A stretch of 64,000 nucleotides of DNA from Eledone cirrhosa (lineage: Eukaryota): contig OZ024752.1 in assembly GCA_964016885.1 (NCBI GenBank), forward strand, positions 186,001-250,000, written 5' to 3'. Below are positions 29,661 through 43,200 of the stretch, piece by piece; positions within the stretch are counted from its first letter, which is position 1, and each line of letters opens with the position of its first letter. The notes beneath the pieces are model-generated. The model had not been told where the DNA came from. It made no database searches and saw only the letters and a program-made list of their open reading frames with translations. A program made the position numbers and the translations under genes.

Positions 29661-30517
29661 ATAATAATAATAATGAAATTATTGTGTACAGTGCTCAGGT
29701 GCACTACAACTCATCAAAGGTGCATGTATAGTACATAGAATAATGTACAAATGTCAGGAAAATGAACAGTGTACGAGTCATGATATAATAACAATAACAA
29801 TAATGAAATATTGTGTACAGTGCCCAGCTGCACCACAACTCATCAAAAAAGTGCATGTACATAGGGCAATGCACAAGTCATGATACACACATGTGTGCAT
29901 GTGCATGGAAGGGGTACATCAGGTGTAGTTTTGGCGTATTTCGGGAAGCATGAGTGTCTTAAAGGATGCAGTGTCTCGGCAGCTAACAATTGACGCAGGC
30001 AGTTTGTTCCATGCTTCAGCAACTCTGAGCGTGACAAAATGTCTACGAAAGTCATGGGAGCTGTGCTGTTTTCTGATCTTGTAGGCATGTCCACGTGTGT
30101 TAGAGACATGGAGATCAAAGAGGCGCTCAGGGTTGCAATTGGCGAGATGGTTAAAAACTTTGTGGGTATTCACCAAGTCCATTGCCAGACGTCGGAGCTT
30201 CAATGAATCCATGCCCAGGGAAGCAAGGCGTTCAGAGTATGGTAGGTGTCTGATGGAGGGTATGCGCTTGGTTGCACGTCTCTGAACAGTTTCCAGGAGG
30301 TCAATGTTCTGAGCAAGATAGGGGTTCCAGACTGATGATGCGAATTCCAAGTGTGGTCGTACCATAGCTGTATACAGTTTTAAATAGATGGCTGGAGAGC
30401 GGCTAACAAAGGTCTTGCTGAGTGATGCCAAGACACCCTCGGCCTTCTTGACAATCTTAGAGACATGCTTTGTCCAACGCAAATCGTTGCTGACAGTAAT
30501 GCCCAGGTCACGTTCAA
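29661..30517 (-). mobile_element. 5'-truncated CR1/L2-group LINE (C-terminal ORF 29919-30482, duplicated 3'UTR, (ATT)n tail)
   Basis: RPHLEFASSVWNP, LETVQRRATK, YSERLASLG, TRGH and WNKLP; short TSD attta. Confidence 0.88.
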
Positions 30518-30657
30518 TTTAGTCCTGAATTAGCCGTCTAAACGGCTTGAGCTCAGCCGTCGGGGTCTTACCGGTTCCTATTACCCACTCTACTACCCTA
30601 AGTATTGAGTACTTTGGTGCGTTATGGTCCACCTGGTTCCTTACCACATTTCCTTCG

Positions 30658-30710
<53 letters not shown>

Positions 30711-31031
30711 CATGTATGTATATATAATGAACGAAAGGATCCTCCGCCGATCTGTAGTATTCTTTTTATTGATATTAATCTACCTTGTAATGAAATCTAA
30801 AGGAAAAAGAACCTTTATATCAACCTCCTTGTTTCCTGTTACATACACAGTTATCCAGCTTATCTTACTGTCATTTCTTCTTCTTCGCCGAATTGATACC
30901 CCACTCTCTCTCCCTCTTAATCTCGTCTTTTCTACCGCCACATTTACCATTTTCCTATACTTGTATGTTTGTGTATGTATGTATGTTGTATGCATTATAT
31001 AACATTATACATACATACACACATATATATG

Positions 31032-31064
<33 letters not shown>

Positions 31065-31065
<1 letters not shown>

Positions 31066-31121
31066 AATGTAAGTATGTATGTATACGTACATACATATAT
31101 GTATACAGACGTACAGTAGCA

Positions 31122-31173
<52 letters not shown>

Positions 31174-31708
31174 CATACACACATATACATACAGGTACAC
31201 ATACATATATGCACGTATCAGTTTAGCGGACGCTTATTATAACGCCGCTTTGTTCGTTTGTAAACAAACTGAACAGCCTGAATTTATGCCGTACGGTGTT
31301 AAGGCAACCACGTCACCTTTTTGTTCAACACTGACACTAAGAGTGAGAAATGAAATTTCGTTTTCATTTTATTTCAACTTATCGTTTTCGGTATGCCTGA
31401 CTGACTTAACTCACTCGATATGCAAATTAGGCTGCTCAGCCGTTAATTTTCATAAGGAAAGTATATACTTTCGAACGTTCAACTATCTGGCAGAAGGGTA
31501 TACGGTGCTGATGATAGCTAACAAGCTTGAAACTAGTACATCGTTCCTGTGTCAGTGTTGAACAAAAAGGTGACGTGGTTGCCTTAACACCGTACGGCAT
31601 AAATTCAGGCTGTTCAGTTTGTTTACAAACGAACAAAGCGGCGTTATAATAACCGTCCGCTAAACTGATACGTGCATATATGTATGTGTACCTGTATGTA
31701 TATGTGTG

Positions 31709-31756
<48 letters not shown>

Positions 31757-31813
31757 TGCTACTGTACGTCTGTATACATATATGTATGTACGTATACATA
31801 CATACTTACATTT
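31065..31813. mobile_element. Fold-back element with ~270-bp inverted arms and a hammerhead in the spacer
   Basis: 31065-31337 is the reverse complement of 31549-31813; the spacer start ctaagagtgagaaatg... is repeated directly at 31827-31871. Confidence 0.85.
31502..31544 (+). ncRNA. Minimal type I hammerhead
   Basis: acggtg-CUGAUGA-u-agct/aaca/agct-u-GAAA-ctag-UA-catcgt; 6-bp stem I with one G.U pair. Confidence 0.7.
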
Positions 31814-31869
31814 AAGTAAGTGCCGTACTAAGAGTGAGAAATGAAATTTCCTTTTCATTTTATTTCAAC

Positions 31870-31870
31870 T

Positions 31871-31902
<32 letters not shown>

Positions 31903-32224
31903 CAATATATATATATACACATATATATATATATACACATATATATATAAACATATACAATATATATATATATATATATATATAAAGAAAAAGGGATGAA
32001 ATCGAAAATGCAACTGAAGTCTTATTTTTTTTTAAAATATATATATTTATTTGGTTCCTTTACCGGTTTCGCAGTTCTTCTGCTTTTCAAAAGGTGAGTT
32101 GAGATGGAGGGTCTGTGGTTTTTCTCACATATATATATATATAAACATATATATTGTATATGTTTATATATATATATATATAAACATATACAATATATAC
32201 AATATATATATATATACATATACA

Positions 32225-32257
<33 letters not shown>

Positions 32258-32877
32258 CAATATATATATTACATATACAATATATATATATACATATACA
32301 ATATATATATATACATATACAATATATATATATACATATACAATATATATATATACATATACAATATATATATATACATATACAATATATATATATACAT
32401 ATACAATATATATATATACATATACAATATATATATATATATACAATATATATATATATATACAATATATATATATATATATATAAACATATACATATAT
32501 ATATAAACATATACATATATATAAACATATACATATAAACATATACATATATATAAACATATACATATAAACATATACATATATATAAACATATACATAT
32601 ATATAAACATATACATATATCTATAAACATATACATATATATAAACATATACATATATCTATAAACATATACATATATATAAACATATACATATATATAA
32701 ACATATACATATATATATATATATATACATATAGAATATATATATATATATATATACATATAGAATATATATATATATAAACATATACATATATATATAT
32801 ATAAACATATACATATATATATATATAAACATATACAATATATATATATAAACATATACATATATATATAAACATAT

Positions 32878-32930
<53 letters not shown>
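31870..32930. repeat. (TA)-rich satellite with (acatatacaatatat)n and (taaacatatacata)n units
   Basis: Direct reading. Confidence 0.9.
32057..32094 (-). ncRNA. Minimal type I hammerhead, U3-A8 variant
   Basis: cctt-UUGAAAA-gcag/aagaa/ctgc-GAAA-ccgg-UA-aagg. Confidence 0.72.
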
Positions 32931-32931
<1 letters not shown>

Positions 32932-33018
32932 GTAGGAGGTGAGTTTTATTGTAGTACAATAAAGCAATGCAGATATCGGATAAGAAGCACTCTACAGTTT
33001 GTAGGACTGGAGTATACA

Positions 33019-33356
33019 TAATATATAAGAACAAAAGATGGTTAAAAGAGTTCCATGTATTTTATTATGCGCATTTAAAAAACAAATATCATCATGCAAT
33101 AATATTTGTGTTTTAATCAGATAAAACAGGAAGACATGATATGAAGATTAAAAAACACTTGTGGATAGTGCAGTTTTAAATCAACATATGTTGATTTAAA
33201 ACTGCACTATCCACAAGTGTTTTTTAGCCTTCATATCATGTCTTCCTGTTTTATCTGATGAAAACACAAATATTATTGCATGATGATATTTGTTTTTTAA
33301 ATGCGCATAATAAAATACATGGAACTCTTTTAACCATCTTTTGTTCTTATATATTA
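33019..33356. repeat. Spacerless palindrome, ~170-bp arms, centre 33187/33188
   Basis: ...tttaaatcaacat|atgttgatttaaa...; only a few mismatches between arms. Confidence 0.92.
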
Positions 33357-33568
33357 TATATATATATATATATACTATATATATATATATATACTATATA
33401 TATATATATATATATACTATATATATATATATATGAATGTATGTATGAGTGTGTGTGCACCACCTTTCTCGTGTTACTTTCATTACAATTTGATCATTCG
33501 AAAGACGAAACTTTTAATTATTTGAAGAAGTGATTCTCTTTTTAGGTGTTAAAAAAATCGTTATATAT

Positions 33569-33615
<47 letters not shown>

Positions 33616-33779
33616 TTAGGTTTGAAGGTTCACCACTGGATAGAGCTGGTCAAATCCGTATGGTCAATCTTAATGTAATAATATGGAGAGTACTCAACGT
33701 AAAGCAGTTCAACCGTCTTCGTTTTTGTAGTTGGTGGTGCTAGTACGGAGTTAAATATTATAATAAAATGACAGGAGGC

Positions 33780-33856
<77 letters not shown>

Positions 33857-33905
33857 AAAAAATACGAAAGAGAATACAGACTGTCAGAACATGTTTATAC
33901 AATAA

Positions 33906-33947
33906 GCACCTACGTACGTTTTGCCCGAAAAGGGCTTCTCAAAGGCA
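33906..33947 (-). ncRNA. Degenerate U3-A8 hammerhead
   Basis: gcct-UUGAGAA-gccc/ttttc/gggc-AAAA-cgtacg-UA-ggtgc; G12 is lost, consistent with CpG decay. Confidence 0.45.
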
Positions 33948-34224
33948 TACAAAGCTAGAGAGTGTTCAATACAGAACCCAGAAGGGGTTTTTAAGATGAT
34001 AACCACATCGAAGTTCATGTTCAACTCAAACAGACATGGCTGTAACTAGCCATAATAGTATCAAACATTATATAGGGGCCACCTCTGGCTCGTTCAAAAC
34101 TAGATTTCGAACGCATCTCCACTCTTTTAGAAACAGGAAGCTAAGGTAAATGCACCAGCTTATGGCAACTAACTATATGTATCGCTTATCCCTTAAACCT
34201 TCTACTCTCTCACGATACTAAAAT

Positions 34225-34269
<45 letters not shown>

Positions 34270-34341
34270 AATCCTCTGTGTGTGTAATTAGAAATTAGGT
34301 GGCGTAAAGAAAGGATACACATGCAGGCATGTATGTATATA

Positions 34342-34653
34342 CAGTTGTCCCCCGGTATTCGCGGGGCTTACGTTCCTAGAGAACCGCGAAGAGTGAAAAA
34401 CAGAGAATATTGGATGTGGTCTATAAAAATGTCTATAAACGTCAAAATATAACGTAAAAGTATAATTTAAAAAAAGTGGGAGCGTCTTATGCGAAGGGGC
34501 GTCTAATAGACCGGTATATTGTTATAAATAATTTGGCGTTAAAAAAGCGATAAAAAAATAGCGGAAGATATTTACGATTCCGCGAACATCCGCTAGTTTC
34601 CACGAACAATTATCAGTTCTCAAGAAAATTCCGCGAATTCCGAGGGGACACTA
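34342..34653. mobile_element. Tigger/pogo-like MITE
   Basis: TA|cagttgtcccccggtattcgcgg ... ccgcgaattccgaggggacact.|TA imperfect TIRs. Confidence 0.6.
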
Positions 34654-35253
34654 TATATAATCGGTATAAATCGAAGTTGTAGACGCAGTATAGCATATAT
34701 ACATAAATATAGATGTATATATATATATATATATACATGGTGGCTGCCAACTCGTTTTCGAGTACGGCCACTACCTTATGTCCATGTAGGAGAACCCCTA
34801 CCGATGCGCTGAACGAGTGTGACTTTTTAGTCCAGCCAGCTACTTGAAAACTCTGGTACAAACACTACACTTGTGACAATTATTGACACATAGTGTTGGG
34901 CCCATGGTACCATGTGATGACAAGTGCAGAGAGATCTCCAGATATAAAGCAATGCCTGTGCCATGAAGCTTTTATAGTGAGCAAAGGCATTGCACAAAGC
35001 CAGTCCCACTCTCTTAACCAAGATGATATTTACCAAAAAGAAGAACAAGTCAACATCATTGGATACCATCAGGGTTGCAGGTGTTATATCAGAGTTTTCC
35101 TTCTCCAAGAATTCTGCCTTGACAAAGGCTAAGGGGTCATCTCTCCCGGTGATTTTGGATGGCCATTGACTCTTAAGAGCTCCTTTGCCCTTTGACAGGT
35201 TTTGTTTTTAGTTCTGCAGGATGTCCAAAGTCACCCTCCTCACCAAGAAACCT

Positions 35254-35338
<85 letters not shown>

Positions 35339-35990
35339 TGGATCTTCCGTCGGTTTGAACGATCTGTATACCAATTGTTTGATCAATTAGACTACCTACA
35401 CAATATATCATTACGTAGACGAGTGAGTGTTCCACAAAGCCGTGTAAATCAAACAACTGGAATTCTCGTCGCTGAACCGACGGAGGTCCAACAACATATA
35501 TATATATTTCTTCACTGGCGTTCTGTGACATGATATAGTTGTGCCTAGACACGTTAATGTCATGATTTTGACTTGTTTCTCGCATGTTTCCTAACTAGGC
35601 GCGTGGCCAGGTAATATCATTAAATGGTGTATATCGAGCCAACGAGGAAAGCCTCTCTGTGTTCGTTCGATTGGCTACAAATAGAAGCCAAATCTCCCGC
35701 AGATCACACTCTACTGTACACACTAGATAATATAGATCTGGACATAAAGAAGAATCGGGATCGTCAAAGCTAGAGGATCCTTGATTATAGATTTGCTCGA
35801 CCAAGGCCGACCTGGAGTTAAACAATACATGAATACACATACATGCACATTCACAGATACACGCGCACGCATACATACACACATACACACAGACACTCAC
35901 ACACAAACCTTTCTTCAACTCGACTCTAATATACTACATCTATTACTATAACCTTTATAGATACGATAGAGTGATTATTTTAATGTTCAG

Positions 35991-36030
35991 TTGACCCTTG
36001 CTTGTGTAGTTCGAAATCTAATTTTGTGTA
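35991..36030 (+). other. Candidate 40-nt micro-exon (copy 1)
   Basis: ttcag|...|gtaagt; a paralog at 60087-60126 has the same length and splice signals. Confidence 0.35.
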
Positions 36031-36699
36031 GTAAGTTTACATTTTGTTTCAAATACTACATGTACTTACATGGTTAAAAGACTTAAAGCGCTATGAAAAT
36101 GTTAAAAATACTCAATACAAATGATTCATCGTCTCAGAGAATATCAATCATTGGATCATGGTTCATGCCTCAAAATATTGCGTAGTTCTAAAATGTCCTA
36201 TATATAAACACTTCTGTTATTACGCCAAAATGTCACCCGATCATTGTTTTAAAAATCTAATTCGTATAAATAAAGTTATTTCCATTTTGTCAGTTTTAAT
36301 AGAGAAAAATCTGTAGCATACAAGCCATGACTGTCCTCTCTTTTAATGTAACAGGCATTGCATCGTCTCTTTTTAAATCTTTTGTTATTTTCAACTGAGA
36401 GGTCGCGATTTGAGGGAATTTGGTTGTTATTTCTGCGAATTGTCACAAGCTTTATAACATCGAACGAAATCCCTTCTGATATTTTAATTTGGCTCTTTGC
36501 GTTTTGAGTTCAAATCCTGAAGTCAGTTTTGTCTTTTATCTTTCCAAAGCCGTGAAATACAATAACGGCCAAAGGTAACAAACAAGCGGGATTATTAGAG
36601 CGTCAGATGGAATATCTTGCGGCATTTTGTTTCTTGCTCCATTTCTTTGCAATTCTAATCCGAGCCATCTCCTACACTTAATCCACCACTTTGTTTGGG

Positions 36700-36990
36700 A
36701 CACAGCATTGGCTGAATGGTTAAGCAGTTCTTATCGAAATCATTAGGTTCCGGGTTCGATCGCACTGCGTTGTATCTAAGGTAAATGACATTTACGATTC
36801 ATGTCTTGCGAGGGAAATTGGGTAGACGGAAACTGTTTGGAAGCCCGTCAAGCTGAATCACTCTGAGAATTAATTTAAAGGTATATGTGTCCGTGGAATT
36901 TTTAGTCATTTACACGTTAATTTCTTGAGGAGGCTGTTTCATTGATCGAAGTACTAGAACACTCATCGTCGAAACAGACTGAGTTCCATT
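36700..36990 (+). mobile_element. Chimeric CORE-like SINE, paralog of 430-790
   Basis: A-box tggctgaatgg, B-box gggttcgatcg, and the same internal junction ggaagcccgtc. Confidence 0.7.
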
Positions 36991-37101
36991 TTGTATTAGT
37001 AATAACACAATTTTAATGTTGTGGACTGTCTACATTTTATACACTTATATTTGCATCAAATTAATATACCTTCATATCTCTCTCCCGCTCACTATCTATC
37101 T

Positions 37102-38207
37102 ACGTATTCCTCACCGGACAACCGGCGTGGGCCCCGTTTGTGAGGCGAGCCTTCCCACGACTCGTCTCGCTGACCGAGCTGCAGTCCTGGGTCAAGCAAA
37201 GACCGAGGAAAATGGGCGACTGGCACATCGAATGTGCTCAGGCGCTCACAGCCCTCTGGCAGGCGGACCCGGCGATCAGTGAAGACTCCACTTCGTCATT
37301 CTATAGAGGGTTGATTCGCAGCAAGTGCGACGACGCGCTCAGAGAAACTCTAGGCGTAGAGGAAGACAAACTGGTCAGTCTGTTCGGTAGGACCTTCCGC
37401 CCGGGACCGATGGACAACTTCCAAAAGTCCCTGGCCTGGCAGTCTACCGAGGAGCTCTACCAGTTCAAGACAAGCTCTACAGACATGGGTGCCTGGGCAG
37501 GGACCCTTCGAAAAAGATCTGTCCGAGATGCGTGCGAGACGAAGAAACCGTCGCGCACGCATTCGTAAACACCCGGGCGTTACCGACCTGTGGGGCTATG
37601 TAGAACGATTATTGTCGCGGGTGGGACCAATCCGGTTGATCACCGAGTCCATTGTCATGATCAAACCGCCACCCTCCTTCAAAAACAAAGGAGAGGCGGT
37701 TTTTCTTTGTGTGATAGCTATGGCGAAAGAGGTTGTATGGTGGACGAGGTTAAAAGGGCTGAGGTCAGACACCTTTCTCTCCGGCCAACAACTGATTCTT
37801 TTTTTCAAATACCACTTTGGAAGCAGAATCAGGATGGAGAGAGAGGTGCTGTACCCCTGCAAGTTTTATGAAAGGTGGGTGAAAGTGGCGAGAATGGCCC
37901 GAGTGAATGGGACTTCTCTCTATATCAGCCTGTAGGTTGAGGAAAAAGAGGAGGAGAGGAAAGGAGTACAAACTCTTCGTACTCCTGGAGATGAGGGTTG
38001 CACATTTTTTCGGGGGTATGTGTTACCCATATGAAATGTCTCCCCCTATTGGGGAAAATCGATTAATTTTTAAATTGCATTTGTGATAGTATTTTACACG
38101 TTTTTATTGTATGTAAACTTCCTCCTTTGTATTTGTCCCCTTCTTTTGTGCCCATGTGGGTAATAAAGAAACATATCTATCTATCTATCTATCTATATAT
38201 CTATCTA
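37102..38207 (+). mobile_element. 5'-truncated Tx1/L1-clade LINE 3' end (frameshifted; zf-RVT), 3'UTR, AATAAA and (TATC)n tail
   Basis: WQ(C)YRGALPVQDKLYRHG..CPRCVRDEETVAHAF (CCHC knuckle), then DLWGYVERLL and AKEVVWWTR. Confidence 0.8.
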
Positions 38208-38894
38208 TTCCCGAGAATCACATTAAGGATACACGTGTCTGTGGAATGCTAAGCCATTTACACGTTAATTTAATGAGTTGGCTGTTTCGTTGATCAAACA
38301 ACTGGAACACTCATCGTTTATATCGACGAATGTCCATTCAATTCTACTTGGTTTGATACCACAACTTGGCCCTTAGGTGTCTTTAACAGAGTACACTGTC
38401 AAATACATTTGGTTTGGGGATACCTTTTTCCTTCCTCTCCCCCACCAGTCGCAGGACTGCACAATCTTTTCTCTTGACTAACCGATAAAAGAAAAACAAA
38501 AAAAACTATAGCGATATCTTCTTTGACTCGGGGCAAAATGGATGCTTAAAATAACGGTGGATGATATCTAGAAGACTGTATATGATATCTGTTATCCGGG
38601 ATTACATTGTCCAATATGTCCTTCTTTAAAATATAGTCGCCACATTGCAAACAATCATAATAATAATTGATAACCATGAATAGATCGAGTAAAGTACTTC
38701 TGGGGGCAGGGAGACAAATGGGTAGAGACGCGACCAAATTTAATTTGTGTAAATAAAGTGACTCCCATATTGTGGTCGTTTTAGACTGTAGGGTGTAATT
38801 TGAGGAAATTTGGTTGTTATTTTTGGCAGCCCAAGTGATCAAGAAGAAGCCTCCTCGTTGTTTTCGTTAACTCATCATATTTTATATGCTAAAG

Positions 38895-39203
38895 AAATGC
38901 ATGTAATGTCCTTTAACACCTGAGGGAGTCAAAGGGGCGCCGTATGGACATACGGCGTTTCTAAGGCATTTTAAAATCCGGCGGAAACCAATCCTCTCCG
39001 GGTCTAAATACAGCAGATTCCTTCCAGAGAAGAATAGAGAGAGAGAGATTGAGAGAAAGGAAGTGAGAAAGAGATATAGAGGAAGAATCAACCCCAGTAC
39101 TAGACTGGTATTTTTTTATCGACCTCAAATGGATGAAAGGCAAAGTTGACCTCGGCTAGATTTGAACTACACAACGTTCTAGCGTCTTTGCCAATACGCT
39201 GCG
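38895..39203 (-). mobile_element. SINE long-tail variant
   Basis: Homologous to 7360 and 27585. Confidence 0.65.
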
Positions 39204-39533
39204 TATGCTATATATATATATATATATATGCTATATATATATATATATATAAAGACTTGTGCCGTATGCTATATATATATATATATATATATATAAAGAC
39301 TTGTGCCGTATGAAAAAAAAAAAATGAAAATCAATCAATATTTCTAATGCTATATTTTCGATGACTGTGTCTGATGAATATTTGAATATTTGAAGTCGAG
39401 ATGTAATACAATGATAATAATAATAATGTTAATGTTAATGGTGATGATGATGATGATGAAGAAAATGATGAAATAAAATTGCTGGAGATTACTTAATACT
39501 GATTTATAGCCTTCTTAAGACGGCTTGTCAGAC

Positions 39534-39581
<48 letters not shown>

Positions 39582-40586
39582 GACAGACATACACACACAC
39601 AGAAATCTATCATCATTCTTTTTTATGTATATTTCTTTTCATTTGTTCTTTTCTTTTCTTTCTATCTTTTTTGTCTTTTTTTCTTTCTTTTTTTGCCCAT
39701 ATCTTTGGCAAGTGGTTTTGATCTGAAATGAAATGATGTGTTGAAACAAATATTTGTTTCGCAAGCGTCATCTTTGGCAATCATTAACACACACACACAC
39801 ACACACCCTCCTCCACACACACAGACAGACACCCCACACACACAAAGTACATACACACACGCACATAAAGACACACGCAGACAAACACACATACACACAC
39901 AAAGACAGACAGACAGACACACAAATACACAAATACACACAGACACACACATACCCAGACACCAATACACAAACACATTATTACCAACACCTCAAGAGTG
40001 GTGAGATGGGAGAATCGTTTGAACTTCAAACAAAATGGTTTGTGGCATTTAGTTGTGATCCTTTATGTTCTGAATTCAAATATTGCGAAGGTTAACTTTA
40101 CCTTTCATCCTCCTGGGGTCGATTAAAGAAAGTACCAGCCAAATACTCGGGTCAATATAATCGACTTTAACCCCCCCCCCCAATCAAAATTGCTGGCTTT
40201 GTGATAAAACTCGAAAGGATTGGACTTCCATCGGTTTCGACGAGTGTTCCAGTTGTTAGATCAACACAACAGCCAACTCATGAAATTGACGTTTAAGTCC
40301 TTGGACATTCCACAGACACGTGTACTGTTAATGTAATTCTCAGGGAGATCCAGCATGATAGTGTGTGTGACAATGCTGACTCTTTGAATTACAGGTACTG
40401 TCCATCCGGCTGGATTCCAAACAATTTCCGTTCACCAAATTTCTCTCACAAGGAATGGTTCGACCCTAAACCATGGTGAATGACAATTACCCGAGATGCC
40501 ACAGAGTGGGATCGGACCCGGGACCTAATGGTTGCGAAGTGAACTCCTTAAACATTCGGCCATGCTGCATTCACGATAATAATTAA

Positions 40587-40799
40587 CCCTTTAGCATTTA
40601 CATTACTCTATATTTACTATTGTATTTTCACAGTAAAGGCTTTATCTCATATAATATCTCACATAATATCGAATCTATGGGATTTTGATATTATTTATTT
40701 TGAGAACAATACCTTAACACAAGTATGAGTGGCTAGTTAAGGCTAGTTTAAACAGAAAGAGAATTCTAGCCGGATATGGCCGGTTTAAATGCTAGAGAG
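40587..40799. mobile_element. piggyBac-like MITE
   Basis: TTAA|ccctttagcattta ... taaatgctagagag|TTAA. Confidence 0.7.
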
Positions 40800-41329
40800 T
40801 TAACACAGACTCTCAGCCTCACACACATTATATTTAACACCCGCATGGGTGGTGGATTGGCAGTATCGGCAGAGAGTCGGACGAAATAATGTGCGGCGTT
40901 TAATTATTGTTCTTTTTCGAGGTTAACTTTGTCTAAAGACACAACACTCCGCGGTGAATCGAACTTATAACCTTAGGATAGTTAGTCAAATACCTTAACC
41001 ACTAAACAATGTGCTGTCCTTAATAGATACGATTATACATAATGATTGCTTCACCTTATCAGATGAAAGCCTTCTCGGATATTAGTAGAATTCTTAGACA
41101 GTCACATAACATGATTTGCGGTATTTTATGTGACACTTTACGGTCTATTTTCAATTTCCGTCGAAGTCAATTTTGCCTTTCATCCATCCGGGGACGATAA
41201 GATACCAGTCAATTACTGGGGTTAATTTAATCAAATTTCCCTTCCCCCAAATTACTGACCTTATGTTTTAATTAGAATATGTAACCTTTATTAGCGGATT
41301 TTGTGCCTAAAGTAGAAACAATTATTAGC

Positions 41330-41815
41330 GGATTCCGCTTAAAGCTAGATGCTCCCTCAGCTCATCCAAGCTCTGTCGAACTCTCACATTCACATTACAC
41401 ATCCATCAAAGCATACTTGATTCATTTCTCGCCAGCTTAGGCATATCCTCTGCCCATGTTTCCCTACCTTGCAATATTGCACTTCGCACAAAGGTGTCAT
41501 ACAGCCATCCTTTCGTTCGTAGGGAGAAACCTTTTGTTGTCAACAGAGGGAGTAGCTCTCTAGTCTTCTTCCATCTTATCGTCAATCTATCTAATTTGCT
41601 CTCAGTGCACCCTTCCCCACTGCTAATAAGATTACGTAGATAGCAGAAACTATTAATTAATTCTATAGATCATTCATGTGGTTGGAAAAGGATTTTATCA
41701 CTGACACTTTTACTATCAATTACCCTGAGCATCTATTACACACGAAGTTTTCCTTTCCTGTTAGCCTGCCTATTATCCGACTACACCTCTTGTGTACCCA
41801 AGATTTGCATATAAT
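41330..41815 (-). pseudogene. Decayed RTE-clade RT fragment
   Basis: Minus strand GWLYDTFVRSAILQGRETWAE. Confidence 0.6.
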
Positions 41816-42002
41816 ATCATATAAACTGAGAATATTACAGAAGTTAGTGAAGGACCTGGAGTTTCGTACCAATTAATTTGGCAGGCTAATGATAATAATA
41901 ATTGAGAGGAAACGTGGAGACGGAGAAAGGGGGACATTTAGGACGACTATATTTCAAATTAAACATTTTACCAATGCCTCTTAAGCCAACCACACACACA
42001 CA

Positions 42003-42399
42003 TCTATATATCTAAAACAGAGAATGTCTGTCTGTCTGTCTGCTCACTATAACTGGAGAACCACCCAACCGATTGTTTTCAAACTTTACACATGTAATAC
42101 TTATGGTCCTGTGAGTGTTTTGAGCATTAAGCGATTTAGCGATCTCTCTCTATAATTCTTAGTCTTTCTTTTTAGATAGATACATAGATATAACGTTGCA
42201 CCCTTATAATATCTGTCTGTATGTCTGGCTGTCTGCATTACGACATTATGACGCTGTGTGTGTGTGTGTATATATGTATATATAGTGTGTAACGTTTTTC
42301 GAAATATTTACTTCTGCGTTCACAGATTGATTTTTTTAGTTTCAGAAGATCCTGTTAAGGGTGAAAGCAGCGATTCTTTGCTTAAACTTTAATCTGTTA

Positions 42400-42462
<63 letters not shown>

Positions 42463-42579
42463 TAAAATAACAGATTAAAGTTTAAGCAAAGAATCGGTGC
42501 TTTCACCCTTAACGGGATCTTCTGAAACTTGATATATATTTATCCTTATCGAGCCATCTTTGGATTTTAGTCTTCAAAT

Positions 42580-42641
<62 letters not shown>

Positions 42642-42780
42642 GTGTACAGATATTTTTGCATACACAATAACAAAATATAAACAAACGTATTTATTTCACG
42701 AGGCTCGATAAGGATAAATATATATCAAATATATAAGAACCCTAGAGGAAATCCCGAGCAACGCCGAGCCATTCTGCTAG
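42003..42780 (+). mobile_element. Non-autonomous Helitron-like element carrying a hammerhead palindrome
   Basis: 5' A|TCTATATATCTAAAA..(gtct)n; 3' cccgagcaacgccgag-ccattctgCTAG|T. Confidence 0.7.
42338..42529. ncRNA. Convergent pair of hammerhead-like motifs (42338-42388 +, 42479-42529 -) around (TA)n
   Basis: agttt-CAGAAGA-u-cct/gttaa/ggg-u-GAAA-gca..tgc-UU-aaact; U4 is A in both arms. Confidence 0.55.
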
Positions 42781-42870
42781 TATATAATATAATATTGGCA
42801 GCATAACCATCACAAAATATAACAATATAATATATGATATAAAATATATATAATATAATATAATATAATA

Positions 42871-43057
42871 TAATTGTTTCTACATTTTGGCACAAGGCCA
42901 GCAATTATCCAGTGCATTACTGGTACTTTATTTTATCGACCCCGTAAGGATGAAAGGCAAAGTCAAGCTCGGCGGGATTTGAACTCGGATCGTTAAGGGA
43001 CATAACTATGTTGGAAAGCATGGCGTCCGACCCTCTACCGATACTGCCAATCCACCG
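42871..43057 (-). mobile_element. SINE family A (short form)
   Basis: Consensus match. Confidence 0.85.
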
Positions 43058-43094
43058 ATAATATAATATAATATAATATGATATAATATATATA

Positions 43095-43151
43095 TATTCT
43101 GACGACTGAAGACAGACACAACATCTGCCTTCAAGAAACCACTGGTAAATG
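43095..43151 (+). ncRNA. Type I hammerhead candidate
   Basis: tatt-CUGACGA-c-tgaagacaga/cacaaca/tctgccttca-a-GAAA-ccactgg-UA-aatg. Confidence 0.5.
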
Positions 43152-43200
43152 AAATAATTATCTTATGTTGTTTATTACATAACTAAATATATATATATAT

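Larger units (their letters stand above)
29199..30660. mobile_element. TA-flanked fold-back hammerhead element (240-bp inverted arms, 41-bp spacer) interrupted by a LINE
   Basis: 29199-29438 is the reverse complement of 29480-29661 plus 30521-30580; the terminal module is at 30581-30660. Confidence 0.85.

Noticed and set aside
34740-35255. Possible RTE 5' end/endonuclease remnant on the minus strand
   Set aside because: Only vague similarity; no motif reliable enough to call.
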